Positions 56,231 to 63,556 of a stretch of 64,000 nt of DNA are shown one piece after another. A model generated the notes under the pieces. That model was not told the origin of the DNA and did not search any database. It was given only the letters and a program-made list of their open reading frames with translations. The position numbers and the translations under genes were made by a program. The stretch covers positions 8,029 through 72,028 of the forward strand of contig JAVBNN010000003.1 in NCBI GenBank assembly GCA_031551525.1, in the 5' to 3' direction. The first letter of the stretch is position 1. Every line of letters begins with the position of its first letter. The DNA comes from Acidaminococcales bacterium. Lineage in GTDB: Bacteria > Bacillota > Negativicutes > Acidaminococcales > JAISLQ01.

Positions 56231-57727
56231 TCAAATATAGAAAAAGCAGGTCCCGTAGAAATTATAGCCGTGGTAACCGCTGCTGCCGGCCTGGTTGTCT
56301 TTCATGTAAAACTGTTCGGCTCGCAGAGTCAGCTTAGTTTTAGTGTTTATGCGGTGTTCGTAATCCAGTCCGACAGTATATTTAGTGCGTCCGTTACTTC
56401 TAAGGTCGGTCAATGGATCATAAACACTGCCAAATTTACGCATGAAATCAAAACCTATTCCCACGGTTCCCTTGGCGGATACATCGTTTTTCCACCGTGT
56501 CCCCGCATAATGGTTACGACCGGTGGCGACTTTAGGCAGAGTAGGATCAAAGGAATCGTATGGTTGCTCATTGTTGTACCAATAGTAGAACATGAGGTTT
56601 TGCCTGTTCGCCAGCTTTCTGTTGTACACAAGGTGTACTTCGAACTGGTCGCCCTGCCGGTACTCGGACGCCGCTTCGATGGTTTTGCTGTAAGTGCTGT
56701 ATTGGACTTCGCCTACAAACTGCCAGTTTTCTTTTATTTTTTTAAAGCGCCCCAGAAATGTCCAATTATTTGCCGGGTCTATCCAGCCATCCGGCCTTGA
56801 GCTGTCATAGTCATAACTGCCGGTGCGCGTGTAGCTGGCCCCTAGCGCCCAGGTTTCGCCCGGTCTGGCTTCCCAATTGAACAATATCGCCGGTATATAG
56901 TTCCATCCTTCACCAAAGCGGCTCATTTCTACCAGGTCGTCGGTCATTATCGCGTTGTTGCCGTATAAATTGGATTTACCGGTGGGCAGGTTGACATTAA
57001 GGCTGTAAATCGTCTGGTATTTTCCGTGCTTGCTGTTGTATGCAACACCGAGGTTGCTGTCCGTCCAGCCGGTATACTTTCCGTTATCAATGCCTGTTTT
57101 GTTGTTGGAATACATATAGGCCGTCTTGAAGCTGTATTCCATATGGCCGTCGATAAATGTATATACAGCCGGCATGTACAGCTGGTAACCACGGTCTCCT
57201 TCATCGCTGTGCCAGCGATAATATTTAATGTCGGCGCCAGCGCCTTGCCAGCTTCTGTCAGAGAGGCTGGCTTTATCCATGCTCTCAAGAGATTTACCTG
57301 TCTTGTCCCGTGTTTTTTCCGCTCCCGCCAGATCACTTTCTGCGTCCAGCAGGTATTTTTCCAGCAACGCCACTTGTTCGCGCGCTTTATCGCGGCTGCT
57401 TATAAAATCATCCAGATTGGCCTGTCCACTGGCAGTCACCATGGTCAAGTCCTGGTCGGTCTTTTCGTAAAACGCTCTGGCGTCGGCCAGCCTTTTTTGT
57501 GTTAGGGCAATGAATTCTTTGACATCGGAAACTTTTTTCTCGTCGTTCGCGAGATACTGTTGCCAGAGTTCTTTGGCTTTCGCCTGCTCTACCGCCAGCT
57601 TCGCGTCGTAAATAGCCCCGTCGGCGATCTGCCGCGCGGTCGGAGGAACATTGATAGCCGTAGCCTCAACCATCTGCGGAATCAAAACAAGCAACATGGA
57701 TATAAGTAGATACCGTTTGTCCAACAC
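56231..57727 (-). CDS. outer-membrane beta-barrel protein with N-terminal periplasmic coiled-coil extension (last gene of the glycan-synthase operon)
   Basis: 498 aa with a GTG start. Signal peptide MLDKRYLLISMLLVLIPQMVEA. About 130 aa of helical, charged sequence follow (AKLAVEQAKAKELWQQYLANDEKK...LLEKYLLDAESDLAGAEKTRDK). Then about 340 aa with alternating aromatic/hydrophilic beta-strand patterns (YQLYMPAVYTF, YSFKTAYMYS, LGVAYNS, TWALGASYTRT, FEVHLVYNRK, TVGIGFDFMRKF, YTVGLDYEHRI, LTLRAEQFYM), ending in the aromatic C-terminus FFYI. Confidence 0.65.
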   Translation of the reverse strand: MLDKRYLLISMLLVLIPQMVEATAINVPPTARQIADGAIYDAKLAVEQAKAKELWQQYLANDEKKVSDVKEFIALTQKRLADARAFYEKTDQDLTMVTASGQANLDDFISSRDKAREQVALLEKYLLDAESDLAGAEKTRDKTGKSLESMDKASLSDRSWQGAGADIKYYRWHSDEGDRGYQLYMPAVYTFIDGHMEYSFKTAYMYSNNKTGIDNGKYTGWTDSNLGVAYNSKHGKYQTIYSLNVNLPTGKSNLYGNNAIMTDDLVEMSRFGEGWNYIPAILFNWEARPGETWALGASYTRTGSYDYDSSRPDGWIDPANNWTFLGRFKKIKENWQFVGEVQYSTYSKTIEAASEYRQGDQFEVHLVYNRKLANRQNLMFYYWYNNEQPYDSFDPTLPKVATGRNHYAGTRWKNDVSAKGTVGIGFDFMRKFGSVYDPLTDLRSNGRTKYTVGLDYEHRINTKTKLTLRAEQFYMKDNQAGSSGYHGYNFYGTCFFYI

Positions 57728-57784
57728 TTTTCAACACGCCCTTTTCTGCTCTATATATAAACAAATATAATATGTTAATGTTTT

Positions 57785-58612
57785 TTAGTCTGTTTTCACG
57801 TTTAATATTTTTACCAGGAAGGTGTGGAATAAAGAATGGGCGAGGAAATTATCTCCGGCAGCGGTAAATTGCCCGAGCGGCATATTCACGTACAACACCT
57901 GCCCCTTCCCATAGGTGGTCAATACTATAGCCGGCTGCTTTTCCGTTTCGCCTTCTTGTATAACATAGGCGTAAATGGCCGACAATGGTATCTCTTTTAA
58001 CACCTCGTTGCGGTGTACAGCCATATCCTGAGGTTTATCGTTGCCAGCGCTGAAGGTTTTGCCACCTATCAGCTTTTCCGGAGGGAAATCAAATACCGCC
58101 TGGTGTTTGGGAGATAAAAATTCTATTTGCCCATAGGTAAGGGCTTTTTCGCCTTCTTTTTTATGTGTTATGTTATTTATACCTATGATATCGGCAAATA
58201 TCCCTTCCGTGAGAAACGTACCTTGGGGATGCTTAGTCCCTGCGTCGTGTATTATCGCAATATTTCCGCCGTTATCAAGGTAAGAGCGTGTCCATTCACC
58301 TAAATGATCCGGCGCCTTTTGCAGTATCAGGTCGGGCAGTATGATGACAGGTACCCTGGTGGCAATTGCCGCCGGGTCTATATTGAGCAGCTTATACACT
58401 TCCACTGCGTCATTGGCAAATTTTTCTTTTCCCAAAACGCTCTGGTATGCTTTGAGCACTTCCGGCGCCCGGCGCAGTTCGTCGGCGTTATAAACTATTA
58501 GTATTTCACGGGTGCTTTTGCCCGCCAGTTTTTGTATATCGTACAGTTTGGGCATAGCAAAGGCCACTAGCGCGGCTATCAGCGCCAACGCTATAATAAG
58601 GTTCCTTCTCAT
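57785..58612 (-). CDS. signal-anchored/exported protein of unknown family
   Basis: 275 aa. N-terminal hydrophobic segment MRRNLIIALALIAALVAFA and a strong GGAAGGAGGGG RBS. The alpha/beta-looking body (ILIVYNADE...VPVIILPD...GGNIAIIHDAG...VLYVNMPLG) has no motif I can assign. Confidence 0.35.
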   Translation of the reverse strand: MRRNLIIALALIAALVAFAMPKLYDIQKLAGKSTREILIVYNADELRRAPEVLKAYQSVLGKEKFANDAVEVYKLLNIDPAAIATRVPVIILPDLILQKAPDHLGEWTRSYLDNGGNIAIIHDAGTKHPQGTFLTEGIFADIIGINNITHKKEGEKALTYGQIEFLSPKHQAVFDFPPEKLIGGKTFSAGNDKPQDMAVHRNEVLKEIPLSAIYAYVIQEGETEKQPAIVLTTYGKGQVLYVNMPLGQFTAAGDNFLAHSLFHTFLVKILNVKTD

Positions 58613-58653
58613 GCTTTTAACCCCTCCTTCCCCGGTTCATTGCAACGCAAGCT

Positions 58654-59670
58654 CTAGGCCGTACGCCCATCGCCTTCTGTGGTTATATACCCATATATCC
58701 TTACGCCCTGGTTAAGCGTTATATTTTTCATGGCTACCACCGAGCGTATTTTATCCGGTTCTCCGACTACCACGTTCTCGCCTATGACGACAGCCCCCTG
58801 GGAAAAAATCGTACCCCTGACAAAACAGTGGTCTCCTATATACACATCGCCCTCTACAAACATACTCCCGAGGATAGTGACGCGCTCTTCGAGCGTGACT
58901 GTGCCGTGGGATTTTATATTGCCGGCAACCAAGCTGTTACTGCCCACAAAAAGCTGGTCTTTGCCGATGAGGCTGCCTTTTACGTAGCTGCCGGTCGGGA
59001 TGCCGTTTATATTGCGCCCTACTACTTTTTCTACCACTACGTCTTCGACCTTGGCCGGGGCGGCCAGTTCAGCAAAGCTGGTGGTGATAGGAAAACCGTA
59101 TAACCGTTTGAAGTGGCAGTCTTTGCCTAACGAAAGGCGTTTGAGGCAAGTGGCGCTCACGGCTATGTTGCAGCCGTCTTCTATGGTTATTTCGCCATTG
59201 GCGTCCAGCCAGCGGGAAATGCGCGTATCTTTGCCCACATATATACTGTTGTCGGCAAGTACCGCGCGCAATGCATTTTTTTCACCAATGTCGGCGTTGC
59301 CTTTGGCATACACTTCTTTGTCGCCTTCTACCCCGGCTCCTGAAAAAAAGTTGTTTTTTATGTAGTAAATGTTTTCCAGCGTTTGCCCGCTGGGGATTTT
59401 GACATTATCACAAACTTCTACGGTTTCGTCCTTTGACAGGTGCATGGTATAAAGTCCGTCCGGCAATTTTCCGTCGTTCGTCCTGTAGAATGCGTCATTG
59501 AAGAGATCACGCAGAGACAGCGCGAAGTAGCGCGGGTCTTTCTTGTATTCCATATTGATATATAGCGGCAAAGGGTCTTCCCCCAGCCTAAGCTCGCGGA
59601 ATCCCAGGAAAAATACCCAGGCAAAAGATGCTATTAATAATATCGCGCATAAAAGTACCAGCATGGTCAA
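58654..59670 (-). CDS. membrane-anchored beta-helix repeat protein (bactofilin/polymer-forming cytoskeletal-like)
   Basis: 338 aa. N-terminal TM MTMLVLLCAILLIASFAWVFFLGF. The C-terminal half contains short repeats with the hydrophobic-x-hydrophobic-G rhythm typical of bactofilin/left-handed beta-helices (LFVGSNSLVAGNIKSHGTVTLEERVTILGSMFVEGDVYIGDHCFVRGTIFSQGAVVIGENVVVGE). ATGA overlap with the GT2 stop. Confidence 0.45.
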   Translation of the reverse strand: MTMLVLLCAILLIASFAWVFFLGFRELRLGEDPLPLYINMEYKKDPRYFALSLRDLFNDAFYRTNDGKLPDGLYTMHLSKDETVEVCDNVKIPSGQTLENIYYIKNNFFSGAGVEGDKEVYAKGNADIGEKNALRAVLADNSIYVGKDTRISRWLDANGEITIEDGCNIAVSATCLKRLSLGKDCHFKRLYGFPITTSFAELAAPAKVEDVVVEKVVGRNINGIPTGSYVKGSLIGKDQLFVGSNSLVAGNIKSHGTVTLEERVTILGSMFVEGDVYIGDHCFVRGTIFSQGAVVIGENVVVGEPDKIRSVVAMKNITLNQGVRIYGYITTEGDGRTA

Positions 59671-61025
59671 AAACTTCCTTTGGCTACTTGTGGATCGTCT
59701 CCTACAAGAATAACTTCGTTGTCTTTCCTGAAACGGTCGGTTTTATGCCATTTAGCCTCGCGCGACGTGAGTTTGTCTATTATGGCGTCTATCAAACCAC
59801 GCGAAATATACCACATATAAAAGAAGAAGTTAAAGATCAAAAGCGGCAGGAGGAATATCCGCTGGCTCATACCATCGAGGAGACAACCTACGCCGATCTG
59901 GTAAAATGGGGCGAAGTTGCCGAAAGTATTGTAAACGCCCATGAAAATAAGGAAATATACTCCGGTAAACAACTGCATATCGCCCATGGCGAACAGTATT
60001 ACCGATATGATCATCGCCAGAATAAGGAAAAATGGTACTGCATAGACCAGCATCAAGAGGATGCCGTCTACTTTTTCTCTGGTTGTCAGGTAAGGGGTTT
60101 TGATGACCGGCCAAAAATACCTGAACATGACGTCATTGTGTCCGCGCGACCATCGTCTGATTTGGCGGGCCCTGACCGCCCAGGTTTCCGGTACTTCTTC
60201 ATAGCATTCCACCCGGTTGGCATATAATATTTTCCAGCCGTTTATCGACAGACGGTAGGTAAGTTCGGTGTCTTCCGCCAGTATTCTTTCATTGAAAGAG
60301 CCCAGGTTCATGACCGTTTCACGGCGAAATCCGCCGACCGTGCCGCCGTACTGCGGCATGAGCTTCATGTTGTAGCGGGCCTGCTGGTCTACCTGATAGC
60401 CGCCCGAACGTTCGAGGTCGAGCAGTTGAGTCAAAAGGTTGGTGCGGGTGTTTATAGGCACTACCCGCCCCATAACGGCTCCTACCTCGGGATCGTTGAA
60501 ACAAATGGCGATATTTTTTATGATACTTACCGGCGGAAGATAATCTGCGTCAAAAACTATTATCACCTCTCCGCTGGCTTTTTGCATGGCTTCATTGAGC
60601 GCCGCCGGTTTGCCGCGGGTGCCGCTGTACCGGTGCAGGGGTTTTATGATGTCCGGATGACGCGTGGCATAGTCGTCCAGTATGTTTTTCGTATCGTCAT
60701 CAGAGTGGTCATTGATCGGTATGACCTCGAATTTGGTCATATCATAGTCGACTTTGAGCAGTCTTTCCAAAACATTGCGGACAACTGCTTGCTCATTGTG
60801 CATGGGTACTAAAACTGTAACCGACTTGAGTTCAGAGTCCACTATGTCCTGGTAATAGATCCGTTGCTCGCCGAATAGCCTGTTAATGGTGAAAATGAAA
60901 TGCCGCACGGTATATATGACCATGAAAAAAATAGTGAAAATCAGGTAGCCTTTCATGATGCTTACCATGTTGTTCGATATGATGCTTATTATCTTGTCTG
61001 CTGATGCGCTTATTGCCATTTCCAT
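59667..61025 (-). CDS. processive family-2 glycosyltransferase (membrane-embedded beta-glycan synthase, COG1215 BcsA/PgaC/IcaA/NodC/HasA type)
   Basis: 452 aa. N-terminal TM (GYLIFTIFFMVIYTV). GT-A core with VLVPMHNE, INDHSDDDT, FDADY (DxD), AEDTELTYRL (ED) and QIRRWSRG (QxxRW). 3-4 C-terminal TM helices. Confidence 0.8.
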   Translation of the reverse strand: MEMAISASADKIISIISNNMVSIMKGYLIFTIFFMVIYTVRHFIFTINRLFGEQRIYYQDIVDSELKSVTVLVPMHNEQAVVRNVLERLLKVDYDMTKFEVIPINDHSDDDTKNILDDYATRHPDIIKPLHRYSGTRGKPAALNEAMQKASGEVIIVFDADYLPPVSIIKNIAICFNDPEVGAVMGRVVPINTRTNLLTQLLDLERSGGYQVDQQARYNMKLMPQYGGTVGGFRRETVMNLGSFNERILAEDTELTYRLSINGWKILYANRVECYEEVPETWAVRARQIRRWSRGHNDVMFRYFWPVIKTPYLTTREKVDGILLMLVYAVPFFLILAMIISVILFAMGDMQLFTGVYFLIFMGVYNTFGNFAPFYQIGVGCLLDGMSQRIFLLPLLIFNFFFYMWYISRGLIDAIIDKLTSREAKWHKTDRFRKDNEVILVGDDPQVAKGSF

Positions 61026-61792
61026 GTAGTAAACTGTCCTCTCAGATCAATGGAAAGCCTATTGAGATAAATACTGTATATGCCCACTACATAAACAAAG
61101 TCGACTAGTGGCCCCAGGCCGAAAAAGAATATCGGCATATAGATCATGGATACCTTGGAAAGAATGAACAAAAACACAACATAACGGACCAGGCCGAAAA
61201 GAATGGCATACAGGTAGGTAACGCACATAACGAGTACCTTAGAGGCAATGGTCGTCGGCAAAGGCAAGACGGCCAGGCCCATGATGAGCGGTATGAAAAA
61301 CCATATGCTGATCTCCTGCATCATGTAAAGATGCGCATAGTCAGAGAGTCTGTACGGGAACTTTTCCGGAAAATACAGAAAACAAAGCGATGCCAACAAG
61401 TAAAGGAAAAACATATATATCAAAAATATCATCAGGGGCTTTGCCCGTTTGATGAAGGGAGATACCGCGACCAAGAGCGCGGCAATGACAGTATTAACAA
61501 GGGCGTTGATGTGGCTGGGGAATACGCCCGGAAGATCGAGAAAATATATCAGTCCTATGCCCGGGATGTATTCGATATCGGTCATTTTGATAGCGCCGGA
61601 TGAAAAATACGGCGCCAATATGTCTCTTGTAATTATGCTGACATGACTGGTGATGAGGGGATAAAAAAATATGCTCAGCAAAGACAGCGGCACCGCAATA
61701 AGTATGAACTGCCACAAAAACTTGCCGAAAGAACCCGGCAGCCTGCGGTAAGCCCTATGATATAGAATTATCTCTTTGGATTCTTTTGCCAT
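61010..61792 (-). CDS. polytopic integral membrane protein of unknown function (first gene of the glycan-synthase operon)
   Basis: 260 aa with about 7 hydrophobic helices (FLWQFILIAVPLSLLSIFFYPLI; VNTVIAALLVAVSPF; LMIFLIYMFFLYLLASLCFLYF; ISIWFFIPLIMGLAVLPLP; VLVMCVTYLYAILFGLV; VVFLFILSKVSMIYMPIFFFGLGPLV). No recognisable motif. Its stop overlaps the GT2 start by 16 nt. Confidence 0.5.
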   Translation of the reverse strand: MAKESKEIILYHRAYRRLPGSFGKFLWQFILIAVPLSLLSIFFYPLITSHVSIITRDILAPYFSSGAIKMTDIEYIPGIGLIYFLDLPGVFPSHINALVNTVIAALLVAVSPFIKRAKPLMIFLIYMFFLYLLASLCFLYFPEKFPYRLSDYAHLYMMQEISIWFFIPLIMGLAVLPLPTTIASKVLVMCVTYLYAILFGLVRYVVFLFILSKVSMIYMPIFFFGLGPLVDFVYVVGIYSIYLNRLSIDLRGQFTTWKWQ

Positions 61793-61844
61793 CGTAATCT
61801 TTGCCAGCCTTCAAAAATTCATACAATAATATACATACTTTTTT

Positions 61845-61873
61845 ATTGTATAAAAACATTGCCTTTTTGTCAA
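61845..61873 (-). promoter_or_regulatory. sigma-70 promoter (TTGACA-17-TACAAT) of the five-gene glycan-synthase operon
   Basis: On the minus strand, TTGACA (61873-61868), a 17-nt spacer, then TACAAT (61850-61845), about 50 nt upstream of the start at 61792. Confidence 0.6.
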
Positions 61874-61908
61874 AAAAAACCTTCCCAATTATTGAAAAAG
61901 GGAAGGTT
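61872..61908 (-). terminator. intrinsic terminator after the aldolase gene
   Basis: On the minus strand AACCUUCCC-N13-GGGAAGGUU followed by U8. It abuts the operon promoter. Confidence 0.75.
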
Positions 61909-61926
61909 CTTTAGTGTTTGTCTTTG

Positions 61927-62718
61927 CTATATTTTCGATATGCAATCAAAAGCGAGCATATATTTGGTCACAGATTCTTTTACCGCTTTTTTTACATCAT
62001 TCATCAAAGTAATATAGTTGGCGTTTTCATTTTGCGGCAATTGCACCTTCAATGTCCGGCTGGCGACATTGGACATATCGGTAGCAACATTCACTTTATT
62101 AACGCCGGCATCAATATACGGGCGATAGTATTGCGGATTATGACGGTCACGTTTACCGCCGTGCATTACCATCGGTATGCCGAGCGCCTCTTCTATCTTG
62201 CGCAAAAACTCGAGATTCACTCCCGGCAGATCGATATCCATGCTTATCGAGTCCACTTTGGTCCGCTCGACAAACTCTATTATCTTCTCCAGCGTATATT
62301 CATTCCCGTGGCCCATCTGTCCTTCTACGGCTATACCTATGGCATGCGCCATTTTCACAATGTTTTTGGTTTGCGCAAGATTTTCGCCGTAAGGAAGTTT
62401 GGATCCGTCATACATGATCGAAGTGAAACCCCAGCGCACAGCCTTCATGACCCCTTCGTAGGTCTGCCCGTGATCTAGATGCACGGCAACCGGCACACAG
62501 GCTTTTTCCGCTGCTTTGACCATTGAATGGGCTAAAAGCTCTACATCAACAAATTTGAACAGGCGTTCCGGCAAACCGATGATCACCGGTGTTTTAAGTT
62601 CTTCCGCAACTTCGATGATGGCGCTTATAGTCTCAAAGTTGAAAACGTTGAAACCGCCTATGGCGTACTTTTTGTTATGGGCTTCTTTCAGTAGTTTGTT
62701 CGTTGCTGCTAAAGGCAT
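61927..62718 (-). CDS. fba: class II fructose/ketose-bisphosphate aldolase family protein (short form)
   Basis: Start set to ATG 62718 (AAGGAGG 8 nt upstream; MPLAATNKLLKEAHNKKYAIGGFNVFN). The track ORF begins at 62745. VAVHLDHG and MVMHGG metal/phosphate motifs. Confidence 0.8.
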   Translation of the reverse strand: MPLAATNKLLKEAHNKKYAIGGFNVFNFETISAIIEVAEELKTPVIIGLPERLFKFVDVELLAHSMVKAAEKACVPVAVHLDHGQTYEGVMKAVRWGFTSIMYDGSKLPYGENLAQTKNIVKMAHAIGIAVEGQMGHGNEYTLEKIIEFVERTKVDSISMDIDLPGVNLEFLRKIEEALGIPMVMHGGKRDRHNPQYYRPYIDAGVNKVNVATDMSNVASRTLKVQLPQNENANYITLMNDVKKAVKESVTKYMLAFDCISKI

Positions 62719-62859
62719 TGGCATCTCCTCCTTAGGGTTGGTCATTCGCTGTCCCGTACGGTACCGGGACGCGTTCGAAATACTTTTATGTCATGTTATA
62801 TTCGGCTTTGATATTTAAAATCCCTGCCTCGGTGTTATCCTTCTTTAATTAAAAATAAC

Positions 62860-62892
62860 AAGCAAAACAAAAACCCTGCCGCAGCAGAGTTT
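62860..62892 (-). terminator. intrinsic terminator after rplT
   Basis: On the minus strand AAACUCUGC-UGCG-GCAGGGUUU followed by UUGUUUUGCUUGUU, 8 nt after the rplT stop. Confidence 0.7.
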
Positions 62893-62899
62893 TTGGTTG

Positions 62900-63253
62900 T
62901 TATTTCGCTGATTTTGCCAGATCGGCCAGTTTGCTGAAGGCCGGAAAATCATTTACCGCCAGATCTGCCAATATTTTTCTGTTCACTTCAACGCCGGATT
63001 TCGCCAGCCCATTGATAAGTTTGCTGTAACTGATGCCGTTCATACGGGCAGCGGCATTTATGCGCGCTATCCACAGTCTCCTGAATACGCCTTTTTTGGC
63101 GCGGCGGTCGCGCCTTGCATAATACAAGGCTTTCATGACTGTTTCATTGGCTTTTCTGAACAGTTTGCTCTTTGTGCCACGGTAACCCTTGGCCAGTTTT
63201 AAAATTTTCTTGTGGCGTTTATGTGCTGTCACGCCTGCAGTTGCTCTCGGCAT
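62900..63253 (-). CDS. rplT: 50S ribosomal protein L20
   Basis: 117 aa. [26 protein letters not shown]...[13 protein letters not shown]. Confidence 0.95.
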   Translation of the reverse strand: MPRATAGVTAHKRHKKILKLAKGYRGTKSKLFRKANETVMKALYYARRDRRAKKGVFRRLWIARINAAARMNGISYSKLINGLAKSGVEVNRKILADLAVNDFPAFSKLADLAKSAK

Positions 63254-63277
63254 GGTATGACCTCCTAAAAATTGATT

Positions 63278-63475
63278 TTACGCGTAGGGCAGCATTTTTA
63301 CCACGCGATCGTGATCCGATTTGCTGACAAGGGCTGCTTTTCTCAAATTACGTTTGCGGGCGGGAGATTTTTTCTCCAGTATATGCTGTTTGAATGACTT
63401 GGAACGTTTGAATTCGCCAGTACCTGTAACTTTAAAGCGCTTGGCCGCGCTCCTTCTTGTTTTCAGTTTGGGCAT
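63278..63475 (-). CDS. rpmI: 50S ribosomal protein L35
   Basis: 65 aa. [24 protein letters not shown]. Confidence 0.95.
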   Translation of the reverse strand: MPKLKTRRSAAKRFKVTGTGEFKRSKSFKQHILEKKSPARKRNLRKAALVSKSDHDRVVKMLPYA

Positions 63476-63556
63476 GATTACCCTCCTTGCTTAGTATTTT
63501 GTAGATTTAAAATAGTTTATGTCTTCTTTATGCAGCATGCAAAAGACGGCATACAA

